From: an uncultured Methanosarcinales archaeon | GTDB lineage: Archaea; Nanobdellota; Nanobdellia; Woesearchaeales; GW2011-AR9 | Direction: 5' to 3' | Assembly: GCA_964434885.1 (NCBI GenBank) | Contig: CAYSWQ010000002.1 | Span: forward strand, 331-64,330 | Length of the DNA: 64,000 nt | Part shown: piece by piece, positions 9,386 through 21,909 of the stretch | Layout of the letters: the number at the start of each line of letters is the position of its first letter | Numbering within the stretch: the stretch's first letter is position 1 | Notes under the pieces: model-generated | Databases searched by the model: none | What the model saw: the letters and a program-made list of their open reading frames with translations, nothing else | What the model was told of the DNA's origin: nothing | Program-made: the position numbers and the translations under genes

Positions 9386-9508
9386 ATGATAGTGATAGAT
9401 AAGAAAAAACACGAATGTCCTTATTGTAAAAGCAAAATTATTTACATTCCTTTTCCTGGATTAAAAGCAGTTTTCTGTCATTATTGTAAAAACAGAATTA
9501 GACTTTAA
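9386..9508 (+). CDS. small zinc-ribbon protein (CPYC...CHYC), 40 aa, not in the ORF track
   Basis: ATG at 9386 to TAA at 9506-9508, MIVIDKKKHECPYCKSKIIYIPFPGLKAVFCHYCKNRIRL. Two CxxC pairs about 18 residues apart. Confidence 0.4.
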   Translation: MIVIDKKKHECPYCKSKIIYIPFPGLKAVFCHYCKNRIRL

Positions 9509-9544
9509 CAATAGTTTTTTAAATCACTTCATTTTAACTCACTT

Positions 9545-10163
9545 ATGCTTAGAAAAATTAGAAATCATCGAGTTATTCAAGGAATTCATTTTTATTCTTT
9601 CGGTATTCTCAAAAGACTTTATAATTGGGTTCTTTCTTGGGCAAATTCAAAATATTCTACTTTGGCATTAGCTATAAACTCTTTTGCAGAATCTTCCTTT
9701 TTCCCCATTCCTCCAGATGTTTTACAAATAGCTCTTTCGGTTTCCAAACCAAAAAAATCTTATTGGTATGCTTTCGTTTCCGGAATTTTCTCAGTATTGG
9801 GAGGAATCTTAGGTTATTTCATTGGTTTATTCTTATATGAAAGTGTAGGTAAACTAATAATATTTTCAAATTGTAGGTAATTTATACAAAGATAATGCAT
9901 TTTTAGCTATTCTCGGATCAGCATTTACCCCTATTCCTTTCAAAGTATTCACAATTGGAGCAGGATTCTGGAAAGTTGGTTTATTCCCTTTAATTTTAGG
10001 TTCCTTAATTGGAAGATTTGGAAGATTTCTTATTGTAGCTACTTTGATTTATTTCTTCGGAGAAAAAGTAAAAGGTTTTATTGATAGGTATTTCAATTGG
10101 TTAAGTCTACTCTTTTTCATCTTAGTTATTTTAGGTTTTGTATTAATTAAATATTTAGTTTAG
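9545..10163 (+). pseudogene. COG1238 (YqaA-family) membrane protein gene interrupted by a +1 frameshift near 9860-9880
   Basis: The N-terminal frame (SFFPIPPDVL...LYESVGKLIIFSNCR*) stops at 9880. Continuation in the +1 frame (…IVGNLYKDNAFLAILGSAFTPIPFKVFTIGAGFWK...KYLV*) runs to the TAG at 10161-10163 and matches the C-terminal half of YqaA-like proteins. The shift lies in an A/T homopolymer run. Confidence 0.55.
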
Positions 10164-10257
10164 AACAAAACACTTATATAAAACAACTTCAAATTAATCA
10201 TAAAATCACTAAAAATGAGTCTTACTTGTTTTTATATGATATTTGGAGCTGATAAAT

Positions 10258-10686
10258 ATGACTTTAGAAGAAGGAAAAAAAGTAAAAATTGAATATACTG
10301 GCACATTAGAAGATGGTACTGTTTTTGATAGTTCAGAAAAACATGGCCAACCTTTAGAATTTGAAATCGGTAAAAAACAAGTTATTCCTGGTTTCGAAAA
10401 TGCCATTAAAGAAATGAATGTAGGGGAAGAAAAAGAAATCACTATTCCTCCAGCAGAAGCTTATGGGGATGTTAATGATCAACTAATGCAAAAAATTCCT
10501 CGAGACAAATTACCTAAAGAACAAGAACCTCAAGAAGGAATGATGTTGATGATGAAAACTCCAGACGGAAAACAATTCCCTGCTAAAATTGCTAAAGTTG
10601 AAGAATCAGAAGTCACTTTAGATTTAAACCACCCTTTAGCTGGAAAAACCCTGAAGTTTAAAATCAAACTAGTAGAAGCTAGTTAA
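10258..10686 (+). CDS. FKBP-type peptidyl-prolyl cis-trans isomerase (SlyD-like)
   Basis: EYTGTLEDGTVFDSS...FEIG...VIPGFE FKBP signature plus an insert-in-flap region. The ATG at 10258 is preceded by GGAG. Confidence 0.85.
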   Translation: MTLEEGKKVKIEYTGTLEDGTVFDSSEKHGQPLEFEIGKKQVIPGFENAIKEMNVGEEKEITIPPAEAYGDVNDQLMQKIPRDKLPKEQEPQEGMMLMMKTPDGKQFPAKIAKVEESEVTLDLNHPLAGKTLKFKIKLVEAS

Positions 10687-10692
10687 TTTTTT

Positions 10693-11040
10693 TTATTTAT
10701 CTAAACTAGTAATTGCCATTTCTTTTCCAGTTAAATAATACCTTTGGTAAACTTTTTGACAATCTGAACAAGAAAGAAACGAACCCATGAGATTCAAACT
10801 TAAATCTTCAAAAGAACTATAATTTTTCAAATGACATTCAATTCCTGTCAATTCACTATTCCTTCTACGAAATTCCACTCCTTCAAAATATGTTTGCAAA
10901 AAGAACCCCTTATCATTTATGAGGGCTTCTGAATCACTACCTAAGATTTCCTCTCGACCATTCAACACCCCATATCCTAAAAGTAAATCTCCCCACCAAC
11001 CACACTTTTTACAATCATATCCTACAATATTAATTGGCAT
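10693..11040 (-). CDS. small Zn-finger protein (N-terminal CKKC, C-terminal CSDC), hypothetical; coupled to the upstream nucleotidyltransferase
   Basis: 115 aa. Its start overlaps the NTase stop at 11040, indicating translational coupling. Confidence 0.5.
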   Translation of the reverse strand: MPINIVGYDCKKCGWWGDLLLGYGVLNGREEILGSDSEALINDKGFFLQTYFEGVEFRRRNSELTGIECHLKNYSSFEDLSLNLMGSFLSCSDCQKVYQRYYLTGKEMAITSLDK

Positions 11041-11936
11041 TATTCCCTCTTTAAATTTTCTTCTCTTTTTTCTATCGATTTATACAAGCCAAAATTAACC
11101 AAAAATTCAAAGAAAGGATCTTTCTTTATCGCTGTATCAATTTGTCTTTTAATCAATTTAGTTTCAGCATCAATCTCGTCTAATGGTCCTGCAAAACTTT
11201 TACCTTCTAATAACCAAGCAAAAGGATAATGTTCAACTTCATTAAAAGAATAATCCTCTAAACAAGTAGTTTCCCCATCTACAATATCTAATAAAACTGC
11301 ATTCAATTCATCTAAATCTACAATCATTTCTCTTACCGAAGAACAATCTCTAATCTGGTGAAACCCCAGCCCCAAATCAATATTAATTTCAATTTTTGAC
11401 ATTAAATCAACTTTTTCTTGTGTTACACCACCACTAACCAAAAAATTCATATCAATATCTGATGCCGGACCAGCATCACCATATCTACTTGAGCCATATA
11501 CAGAAGGTCGAATCATCATTCTTTTCATCTGTTTAGAATACTCTAAAAAAATTGTGTTTAAACCGTCTTGGATTTCTCTAGAATGTTTTGTTGCCTTCTC
11601 TCCTTTTCTTGTATAGGAATTCAATTTCTTAATCATTCCAATATATCTGTTCATATTAGAAAAATCTGGTTCTTGAGAATTATCAAAATAACCTGCGAAC
11701 CTCACGACAGAATGAATCACTTCTTGAAACCTTTCTTCTGGAGAACTACTATCTTCTCTAGAAAAAACTTCTTCCTTAGATCTCAACAATAGTTCTTTAA
11801 CATTTGAATTAGTCAATAAACCATATCCTCGATCAATAACTTTTTCTTTATCATAAGCTTCCAAACCAGCATAAGAAAATCTATCAAAACCAACTTGATA
11901 AATTTCTGATAATTCTTCTAATTTCTTGTCAACCAT
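11040..11936 (-). CDS. Pol-beta superfamily nucleotidyltransferase with N-terminal helical extension
   Basis: YGSSRYGDAGPASDIDMNFLV matches the GS-x3-G-x-A-x3-SD-x-D motif of the NTase fold (as in CD-NTase/SMODS, OAS, GlnD, KNTase). 298 aa, motif at about residue 150. Confidence 0.65.
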   Translation of the reverse strand: MVDKKLEELSEIYQVGFDRFSYAGLEAYDKEKVIDRGYGLLTNSNVKELLLRSKEEVFSREDSSSPEERFQEVIHSVVRFAGYFDNSQEPDFSNMNRYIGMIKKLNSYTRKGEKATKHSREIQDGLNTIFLEYSKQMKRMMIRPSVYGSSRYGDAGPASDIDMNFLVSGGVTQEKVDLMSKIEINIDLGLGFHQIRDCSSVREMIVDLDELNAVLLDIVDGETTCLEDYSFNEVEHYPFAWLLEGKSFAGPLDEIDAETKLIKRQIDTAIKKDPFFEFLVNFGLYKSIEKREENLKRE

Positions 11937-11971
11937 TTTCTAAAAACATCTAAGAACTCTTTTATTAAAAA

Positions 11972-14266
<2,295 letters not shown>

Positions 14267-14422
14267 CTACAACTCTTTATTCTCCCAGTTTAACTGCTTA
14301 TAAACTTTATTAATTTCTATTATATACATATTCATAATTTTAACTTAAATAAATAAAAATAACTTAAATAAACCAATTATCAAGATTATAAATTCATTAA
14401 AAAAAGATTAAAAATTAAAAAA

Positions 14423-14833
14423 TTACTTTTTATCTTTACTTACTTTCGGCAAAGGTAATGGACTAGGTAATCCTACATCTTCTGCTGTTTTGATTGCTTG
14501 AATATTTCCCTTATGTAATGCCGCATTCAAAACTTGCTCCATTACTGTAGTTGGTACTCTTTTATCTTTGTCCCAACCTTCTTGAATTTCTTTAATCAAT
14601 TTATCTTCTTCTACAAAGAAAACATGTCCATCTACAGAAATATTACCAAAATTTGGTTGATAATCACAATCAAAAGTAAAACTAAATCTCAAACCTTTCT
14701 TTCCCCCTTGATTAAAACCTGCATCTTCTACATTTTTCAAAGAAACATTGTTTTTCACACTAATCTGTCCACCAGGAGAATCTAACTTTCTTTCTGCTGT
14801 AACATTATGTAATTTTGTTCTTACTACTGCCAT
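14423..14833 (-). CDS. hypothetical protein
   Basis: The ATG at 14833 (MAVVRTKLHNV) is preceded by AAGGTGG. The GTG at 14842 is less likely. No family recognised. Confidence 0.45.
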   Translation of the reverse strand: MAVVRTKLHNVTAERKLDSPGGQISVKNNVSLKNVEDAGFNQGGKKGLRFSFTFDCDYQPNFGNISVDGHVFFVEEDKLIKEIQEGWDKDKRVPTTVMEQVLNAALHKGNIQAIKTAEDVGLPSPLPLPKVSKDKK

Positions 14834-14967
14834 ATTGACCACCTTTATATTGTTTTAAAACCTATTTTCTAAGATTCTTTATATAATTTTCGAACTGGTA
14901 TTCTAAAAACAAATACATTTCAATAAAAAAATAAAATCTTATAAAGAAAAAACAAATTCCAACTAAA

Positions 14968-15759
14968 ATGAAACTCGTCGATGTTCATTGTCATCTCAAC
15001 CAAGAATATTTCTTAGATAAGTTAGATGAAGTCCTTGATAGAGCAAAAAAAGCAGGATTAAAAGCAATCATTATCTCTGGAACTAATCCTTTAGCTAATC
15101 AACAAGTTTTAGAACTAGCCAAAAAAGATCCAATTCTCAAAGTCTCTTTGGGAGCTCACCCAATTGATGCCTTAGGATTATCAGAAGGAGAAACTGGTAT
15201 TCCCAAACCTGAAGGAAGATTTGATTTAGATCAAGAACTTGAATTTATTGAAAAACACAAAGATCAAATTTTAGGGGTTGGAGAAGTTGGCCTAGATTTT
15301 CATTGGGATAAAGAACATTGGGAAGAACAAAAAGAAATATTTCGGAAAATAATTCGCTTCACTATCAAAATCAAAAAACCTCTTATTGTTCACACTTGGG
15401 ATGCAGAAGAAGAATGTTTGGATATTTTGGAAGAAGAAACCAATGGGGAAATCCCTGTCGTCCTTCATTGTTTTGGTGGAAGAAAAGCACTAATCACCAA
15501 AGCTAAGGAACTAGGATATTATTTCACAGTTCCACCTTCAATTTTAAGAATTGGCAACTTCCAAACATTAGTCAAAAAAGTACCATTAACTCAATTATTC
15601 ACAGAAACTGATGCCCCTTGGCAATCTCCATTCAAAGGAGAACGCAACGAACCTGCTTATGTTTTAGAAACCATAAAGAAGATAGCTAAAATAAAAAACC
15701 TGTCTGAAGAAGAAGTCGCCGACCAGATTTGGAAAAATTATGAAAAAGTTTTCTTATAG
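14968..15759 (+). CDS. tatD: TatD-family metal-dependent hydrolase/DNase
   Basis: MKLVDVHCHLN N-terminus and a TIM-barrel metal ligand pattern, 263 aa. Confidence 0.8.
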   Translation: MKLVDVHCHLNQEYFLDKLDEVLDRAKKAGLKAIIISGTNPLANQQVLELAKKDPILKVSLGAHPIDALGLSEGETGIPKPEGRFDLDQELEFIEKHKDQILGVGEVGLDFHWDKEHWEEQKEIFRKIIRFTIKIKKPLIVHTWDAEEECLDILEEETNGEIPVVLHCFGGRKALITKAKELGYYFTVPPSILRIGNFQTLVKKVPLTQLFTETDAPWQSPFKGERNEPAYVLETIKKIAKIKNLSEEEVADQIWKNYEKVFL

Positions 15760-16635
15760 TTTATTTCTATAATCTCTTAAAACATTATTTACAAAAACCC
15801 CATCTCTAACAGGTTTTCCATCATGAAAATGATCGTTGTATTTTTCAGCAACTATTTTCCTTTTCACCCGACCATTCCGATGTTGATATTTTTTAGCCAA
15901 ATCAATCACAAAATCCTTCTGTTCATCTGTAATTTTTTCTTTTGTTTTTGCTCCTTTTTTTCTTCTTAATCTATCTAAAATTCTACTTACTTGTTTTTTT
16001 GATCTACCTGATTCAGGAAATAATGAATTAACATCTTTGGTTAACTCATCCAAATTAACTCCACCACACCTTTTTCGTTCTGGATTTTGTGCCGCTTCCC
16101 AAATATAAGCTTCTTCTTGTGGACTAGGATAGATATAACCTTTTGTTGCTAAAGCTTTCTTAATCATTTCTTTTTTTTCTTCCCCAGTTTTACCATGCAC
16201 CCCCACTTTCATTTCTAAACTTTTTTGACCACCAATTTTACCTCCTTGACGACCATATTCCTTATTTTCTTCCTTAGTAATTCCAAAAATCCCCCGCTCA
16301 TCTTCCCTCATCTTTTCTAACGCCTGTAAATGATGTTCTTCCGCTAAATCACTTAATTCTTCTGACTCCAATAATCCTGTATAAGAATATCCTGGAAAAT
16401 CACACCCAACAAGAGCATGACGTACAATACCTCTTGCAATGCTCTCAGTTACACCAAATTTAACTTCAACATCATAATCTCTTACAATATCTTTATGGGT
16501 GGAACCTCCTCGAAAATCATCTACAATTTCTGGATGATCTTTTTGCAATTGCCGACCATATTTTCCTTTCAAATGAATAGCAAACTGCTGTTTCTTAGGT
16601 AAGATACTTTCAGTTTGATCTTCTAATTCAACCAT
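15754..16635 (-). CDS. basic protein with repeated K(x)YGRQ / GGKIGG motifs, hypothetical, possibly nucleic-acid binding
   Basis: 293 aa with GKYGRQ, EYGRQGGKIGGQKS and HGKTGEEKK repeats and a basic C-terminus. Family not recognised. Confidence 0.5.
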   Translation of the reverse strand: MVELEDQTESILPKKQQFAIHLKGKYGRQLQKDHPEIVDDFRGGSTHKDIVRDYDVEVKFGVTESIARGIVRHALVGCDFPGYSYTGLLESEELSDLAEEHHLQALEKMREDERGIFGITKEENKEYGRQGGKIGGQKSLEMKVGVHGKTGEEKKEMIKKALATKGYIYPSPQEEAYIWEAAQNPERKRCGGVNLDELTKDVNSLFPESGRSKKQVSRILDRLRRKKGAKTKEKITDEQKDFVIDLAKKYQHRNGRVKRKIVAEKYNDHFHDGKPVRDGVFVNNVLRDYRNKL

Positions 16636-16695
16636 AAAATTCTAAAAATAAACCAACTTTATAAATTTTATCACTGAAAAGTAAAAAAATAAAAA

Positions 16696-16860
16696 TTATT
16701 GCAATTTTGCAATCTCTTTCAGTTTTGCTAAAACTTTATTCATATTTTCATAGGCTTCAATAGTTGTTGGAGTTCCACTAGACCTAGCATCATCAACAAC
16801 TTTTCTCACCGGAACTAACAAAGCCTCAATCTCAACCACTAACTTTTCAATTTTTTCCAT
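16696..16860 (-). CDS. small helical protein (54 aa), not in the ORF track
   Basis: MEKIEKLVVEIEALLVPVRKVVDDARSSGTPTTIEAYENMNKVLAKLKEIAKLQ, directly downstream of AglB. Confidence 0.25.
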   Translation of the reverse strand: MEKIEKLVVEIEALLVPVRKVVDDARSSGTPTTIEAYENMNKVLAKLKEIAKLQ

Positions 16861-16874
16861 TTTAAAACCTCCTT

Positions 16875-19649
16875 TTATACATCATAGAACCACTTAGGCA
16901 ACAATTCATTTCCACCTAAATACTTCTTCTTAGTCGCTTCAGGAACAGTAAAGTTACTTGGATAATTAATCTCCCAAATCTTAATTGGTCCCCTAATTCT
17001 TCCCTGGAATAAGACAACGTCAGACAAGTAAGTATCCTTGTAAGTCAAATTAAAAGCACTTGTATCATAGTCTGGATTTTTTTGATTAAACACATATAAG
17101 TTAACCCACAAAGCATTCATTCCTTCTTCTGAAACATACATTCCTGCTCCGATTGGATTCTCTACACGACCTTGATTATTTAGTGTAGGTACTAATCTAA
17201 AACAACCTTTCAAACCAGGTTTATCAAATTTATACATTCTACCATTAAAAAAAATGCATTGTAAAGGTACATCTACTCTTTTGCCTCCATTAATCAAAGC
17301 AGCAGTTGGTTGTTTAAAATCTAAAACTACTCTTGTTTCATTATTCTCAGTTACACTTTTTTGTTGTACTGGTAAAAAGAATGCCCCAATCCCTGCACTT
17401 TTAGCTGGATAAACCATGTTATTCCAAACAAAATCATCATCTAACATATATCCCCCTTGGAAAGTGTAAACTGTCTCATTTCTTGTTTCTCTAGTCGCTT
17501 GTGGATTAATTTTAAATGTAGTAATCCAACTATACCTATCATAATTTTTATCTCCTCCAATTGAAGAATAAGCAGTGTATTTCCCAATTTCATCTGAAAC
17601 AATTAGATAATGTGTTGTTTTATGTACTTTCAAAAATTCTAAAGCTTCAGTTTGACTTTGTCCAGTCAAAACATGTCTTCCCATCAAATGGTTCCAGTAT
17701 TTTATTTTATTCGCTCCATCTAATACTGCGGCTCTTTGAAAACCACCTTGCACCCAATAACCATAATCCCACCAATGGCCAAACACTGCATCTTTATCAA
17801 CATTTTCACGTACCCATTTTCCAGCGATTTGCCATTGTTGATTATAACCAGGACCAGAATATTTGGCTTGGTTCAAACTCTGTTCACTAAAGTAAGGCAC
17901 CATTCCTTTTACCGGAACTGCAAAAGGGCTTAACAACATCAAAAACAACACTGCAATCCCTAACCATTTATACCAAGGTTGTTTGATTTTCCAAAAAAAC
18001 TCACCCAACCACACTACTGCAAAACTAGCCAACACTGCCGTAATTGGAGTAAAAATAAAAATTAATCTTGCCGCTCCTCTTGCTGCAATAACCATTATCA
18101 AAAACCAGACTAAAACAAAAATATATTTCTTGTCCATATCTAATATCTTAGAATATGTTTCACGATCTTTATAGAACGATTTGAAAAACAAATAAGCAGC
18201 TAAACCCATAAAAATACCCAAAGACCCAAGATAAACAAATTTTGAAAGAGTATTAGTTCCATTAAATGTACTTGTTCTTGAATATCTACTTAACACAAAA
18301 GCCAAAAGAAAAACCAAATAAGCCATAGAAAAAGTGAATTTATTTTTCATTCTTCCAACCATTAAATAAAATAAAATAACTGAACCAGCCATAAATAAAA
18401 CCAAATAAATTGGAATACTAAAAAATTTGGGACCAAAATAACTAATCCAATCAGTAAAATAAGGTTGGTGTTGCTCAGCTACTGTTAATTGCCACCTATC
18501 ATTTCCCAAAGGGTGTAATAAATTATCACTAACTTCTTCCACTTGTAAATATAATGTAGCTGGTCCCAATAAGGCAAACAAACCAGCTATTCCAATTGCA
18601 AAACTAATCACTAAACTGAAAACACTCAAAGGAATCTTTCGTTTTAATTTATTCTTGATTTTTAAAATATCAAATTTAAACAAAACCAAATCAACCAACA
18701 ACATAAACAATACTAAAAAGGCAATTCCAGTAGTTAAAGAACCAAGTAAAGTTTTCATTGTAAATTGAGGTAAAAAAATAGTTGTAATATAAACAAAACC
18801 AATCACCCAAAGTACATATTGATAAACATCTTTTTTCTTCAACTTATCAAAGAAAAACTCCACCAATACAAACAAACTAATAATCAAGATTAAAAATTTC
18901 CAACCCCCCCAACTTAATCCCATTAGGCCTGTGAAAATACCTCCCAACAACCCCCATCCAAGAGTAGATCCTACTTTTTTAGATTGCCAACCAAGAACAT
19001 AAAAATATAATGCCATAAACATCAACATCATTCCCACTGCTTCGTGATCAGAAAAACCAGCCATCGTCCGATGTAAATAAGAAGGCACTATTGCCAAAAA
19101 CAAAGTTGCAATCAAAGCTACTTTCTTGTCGAACAATCTCGCCACCAATAAAAAAAAGAATACTAACCCAATCGCAAAAGTTATTGGTGGATATATTACA
19201 TCAACATATTCTAAAGTAACATTTGGATTAAAAAAATGGATTATTTTATACAAATAAACAATAAAATAACTCATAAATGCATAATTTATAGTTGCTGCTC
19301 CTTTGGGAACAAATCGAGAAAAATCATGAGCCATCAAACTTCCTTTTTCTAAAATAATATTTGCATATTTAAGAAAAATATGTGGGTCCAAAGCCATTGG
19401 AATATATTTTCCTGTAGTTACATCTTTTAAGTTCTTTAAATTCTGAACCCTAATATTGGTTCCAAACCAAACAATTATTGCCAAAAAAAGATATACAATC
19501 CATTCTTTCTTTTTCTTTAAAAAATTAACTACATGGTCTCTCTTTTCTTTTAAATCAATTTCTTCAGCTTTATCAGTATCTTCTGTTTTAAAAAAATTCT
19601 TTATTCCTTTGACAACTTTTTCTCTTTTCTCATTTAGTTCATCTTCCAT
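16875..19649 (-). CDS. aglB: dolichyl-phosphooligosaccharide-protein glycotransferase AglB (STT3 homolog)
   Basis: 924 aa, about 13 TM helices, WWDYGYW motif, long C-terminal periplasmic domain. Confidence 0.9.
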   Translation of the reverse strand: MEDELNEKREKVVKGIKNFFKTEDTDKAEEIDLKEKRDHVVNFLKKKKEWIVYLFLAIIVWFGTNIRVQNLKNLKDVTTGKYIPMALDPHIFLKYANIILEKGSLMAHDFSRFVPKGAATINYAFMSYFIVYLYKIIHFFNPNVTLEYVDVIYPPITFAIGLVFFFLLVARLFDKKVALIATLFLAIVPSYLHRTMAGFSDHEAVGMMLMFMALYFYVLGWQSKKVGSTLGWGLLGGIFTGLMGLSWGGWKFLILIISLFVLVEFFFDKLKKKDVYQYVLWVIGFVYITTIFLPQFTMKTLLGSLTTGIAFLVLFMLLVDLVLFKFDILKIKNKLKRKIPLSVFSLVISFAIGIAGLFALLGPATLYLQVEEVSDNLLHPLGNDRWQLTVAEQHQPYFTDWISYFGPKFFSIPIYLVLFMAGSVILFYLMVGRMKNKFTFSMAYLVFLLAFVLSRYSRTSTFNGTNTLSKFVYLGSLGIFMGLAAYLFFKSFYKDRETYSKILDMDKKYIFVLVWFLIMVIAARGAARLIFIFTPITAVLASFAVVWLGEFFWKIKQPWYKWLGIAVLFLMLLSPFAVPVKGMVPYFSEQSLNQAKYSGPGYNQQWQIAGKWVRENVDKDAVFGHWWDYGYWVQGGFQRAAVLDGANKIKYWNHLMGRHVLTGQSQTEALEFLKVHKTTHYLIVSDEIGKYTAYSSIGGDKNYDRYSWITTFKINPQATRETRNETVYTFQGGYMLDDDFVWNNMVYPAKSAGIGAFFLPVQQKSVTENNETRVVLDFKQPTAALINGGKRVDVPLQCIFFNGRMYKFDKPGLKGCFRLVPTLNNQGRVENPIGAGMYVSEEGMNALWVNLYVFNQKNPDYDTSAFNLTYKDTYLSDVVLFQGRIRGPIKIWEINYPSNFTVPEATKKKYLGGNELLPKWFYDV

Positions 19650-19650
19650 T

Positions 19651-20214
19651 TTATAATATACCTAACAAATTATATAACAATCTTTCACTTACTTTATTCA
19701 ATTCAACTTCATCATTAGCATTCAAAACTAAACATTTATTAACTGCTTCAATCGCAGAGTTATTATTTTTTTGAAATACTAAACTATTTTTATTAGAACA
19801 GTCAATCAGAGGAATATCTGGACAACCTTTTTCCTTAATACATGCCTTTACCACCACCACATTCCTATTATAAAAAAATGTTCCTAATTTATTCATTGCT
19901 AAATCTGTATTCAAAGTAACTCCAGGTTCATAACCAAAATATAACTTCCCATCACTAAATAAATTATAAGTTGGTAAATTCATACTAATATTTGCTAATT
20001 GATCTGGTAAATATTGAAAATAATAAAATTCTTTTCCTACTTGAAATCTCCAACCCTGGGCATCTAAATAGAAAACATGGTTTTTATATTTCTTAACATT
20101 TTCATCTTCAGTAAAAAAACTCCCTCCAATAAAACCCAAAATACTAAAAGTCATAATAAAAACTATAAACACTCCAACCAACTTTTTTTTATTATCTTTA
20201 CGGGTTCTAACCAT
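19651..20214 (-). CDS. signal-anchored extracellular protein, hypothetical (cotranscribed upstream of aglB)
   Basis: 187 aa with an N-terminal TM anchor. Its stop abuts the aglB start. Confidence 0.5.
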   Translation of the reverse strand: MVRTRKDNKKKLVGVFIVFIMTFSILGFIGGSFFTEDENVKKYKNHVFYLDAQGWRFQVGKEFYYFQYLPDQLANISMNLPTYNLFSDGKLYFGYEPGVTLNTDLAMNKLGTFFYNRNVVVVKACIKEKGCPDIPLIDCSNKNSLVFQKNNNSAIEAVNKCLVLNANDEVELNKVSERLLYNLLGIL

Positions 20215-20333
20215 ATATATTACCTATTTCCTGTTTGAAGAAATACTTTTTATTTAAAGGTTTTGATGTTTTAGAATAATATATTAAAGAAAAACCAAAG
20301 AATTTTTAAATCAATCCCATTTCCAAACTAAAC

Positions 20334-20594
20334 ATGGAAGGAACAATAATGCACTTTCGTCAAGGAAGACATCATCAAAATACTAAACAACTAATCATTA
20401 AAGTAGCTGATACTCCAGAAGAAGCAGAAAAAGTTATCGGTAAAAAAGTAACCTGGACTTCTTCAGGAAAAGACAAGAAAGAAATCTCTGGAAAGATTTC
20501 TGCATTACATGGTAGAAAAGGTTGTGTTCGAGCAGTATTTTCAGAAAAAGGTGTTCCTGGACAAGCACTTGGACAAAAAATTAAGATTGAATAG
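20334..20594 (+). CDS. rpl35ae: 50S ribosomal protein L35Ae
   Basis: 86 aa, MEGTIMHFRQGRHHQNTKQLIIK matches the L35Ae family. Confidence 0.85.
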   Translation: MEGTIMHFRQGRHHQNTKQLIIKVADTPEEAEKVIGKKVTWTSSGKDKKEISGKISALHGRKGCVRAVFSEKGVPGQALGQKIKIE

Positions 20595-20651
20595 TTATAT
20601 TTTTAGTTTTCTATTTATAATTTAAGAAAAAAGTAAAAAAAATAAAAAAAT

Positions 20652-21752
20652 TTAAGCAGCACCTATTGCTTTCAAAAAGTTAACTTCTTGTGATATCAAA
20701 ATATTATGTCTACTTTTTGCAGTTTTTATTCGAGATCTAGCTGTTGCCCAATTAGGAGGAGTAGAATCTATTGCTGCTTCTACCGCATCCATAGCTGTTT
20801 CAAAAGCCCTTAAAGGTGCAGCCATAGCCGTGATATATCCTTGTGCAGTTGTTCTATCTGCAGCACTCTCGATATGGTCTTGGATATCTTTATGTGACCT
20901 AGCTACTAATTCTTCAATCCTTTTCATAATCTTATCACTTTTTCTCAACTTCTTTTTTATTTTAGCCACAGCTACCCTATTTCTTATATCGTTCTCAATA
21001 TCTCTTAAAAGACCAGGTTCTTTATTAAAATCATCTCTTCCTCTTCTTCTCCACCATCGACCTAATGCTTTCTTTGTGCCTTCTGGCATTTCTACTTCTT
21101 CAATATTTGGAAAAATTGCTTTGTATGCATAATACACTGTTAGAACTCCAAAAGCAACACCAACCATGGTAAAAATTGAATCTAAACCAGTCCAAATCAA
21201 TCCAGCTCCTACTTGCTGTCCAGCTCCGACTAAACCAGCTACTCCTCCACTCATAGCAGTTCCAACATAAGCAGCCACACCTGCTATAATAAATTTAGCA
21301 ACATAATCAAACCTTTCAGTTCCATCAAATACCTTAAATATTAAATATGCAGCTCCTAACAACGGTCCAGCAACCATCAACGCATAAAATACTCCTCCAT
21401 ACATTTGAAAAACTTCTTTTACTAAGTCTCCTGGAATAGCCAAACCAGAAATCAAACCCAGAATTAAAGAGATAGCTATCCTTACATTTCTAGCATAATT
21501 TTTTAACAACAATTGAGACCCACCAAACAATATACTAAAAATCAACAAGGTAAATAAAACTCTTCCTGCTACAATACCCAATGTACTTCCCCTAGTTAAT
21601 TCGTCCCCAATATCAAAGAAAACAAATTTTAAAATTCCACTATTAAAACTATCTTTAATACTATCTAATATTCCTGCGGCTTCTACAAAACCAGCAAAAA
21701 AAACCAACATCAATAAACTTAATATCCCTAACTGCAAAACCTTATTCTTCAT
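20652..21752 (-). CDS. polytopic membrane protein with cytoplasmic C-terminal helical domain, hypothetical
   Basis: 366 aa, signal/TM region then 6-7 TM helices, then a charged helical tail. Confidence 0.5.
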   Translation of the reverse strand: MKNKVLQLGILSLLMLVFFAGFVEAAGILDSIKDSFNSGILKFVFFDIGDELTRGSTLGIVAGRVLFTLLIFSILFGGSQLLLKNYARNVRIAISLILGLISGLAIPGDLVKEVFQMYGGVFYALMVAGPLLGAAYLIFKVFDGTERFDYVAKFIIAGVAAYVGTAMSGGVAGLVGAGQQVGAGLIWTGLDSIFTMVGVAFGVLTVYYAYKAIFPNIEEVEMPEGTKKALGRWWRRRGRDDFNKEPGLLRDIENDIRNRVAVAKIKKKLRKSDKIMKRIEELVARSHKDIQDHIESAADRTTAQGYITAMAAPLRAFETAMDAVEAAIDSTPPNWATARSRIKTAKSRHNILISQEVNFLKAIGAA

Positions 21753-21909
21753 TCTTTATCACCTTTTTAATTTCTTTTTTTCTTAAGATTTTAATAAACT
21801 ATTAATCTCAATTAGTCTAAACAAAACTATTTAATTATTTAAAGTTTTCCATCATATATCATAAAATCCCACGAAATCTTTATAAATCATCATTAAATCA
21901 AGAATAAAA

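Noticed and set aside
16417-18174. Several 60-110-aa plus-strand ORFs overlapping aglB and the basic protein
   Set aside because: Antisense to long, well-supported genes. Typical spurious ORFs in an AT-rich genome.
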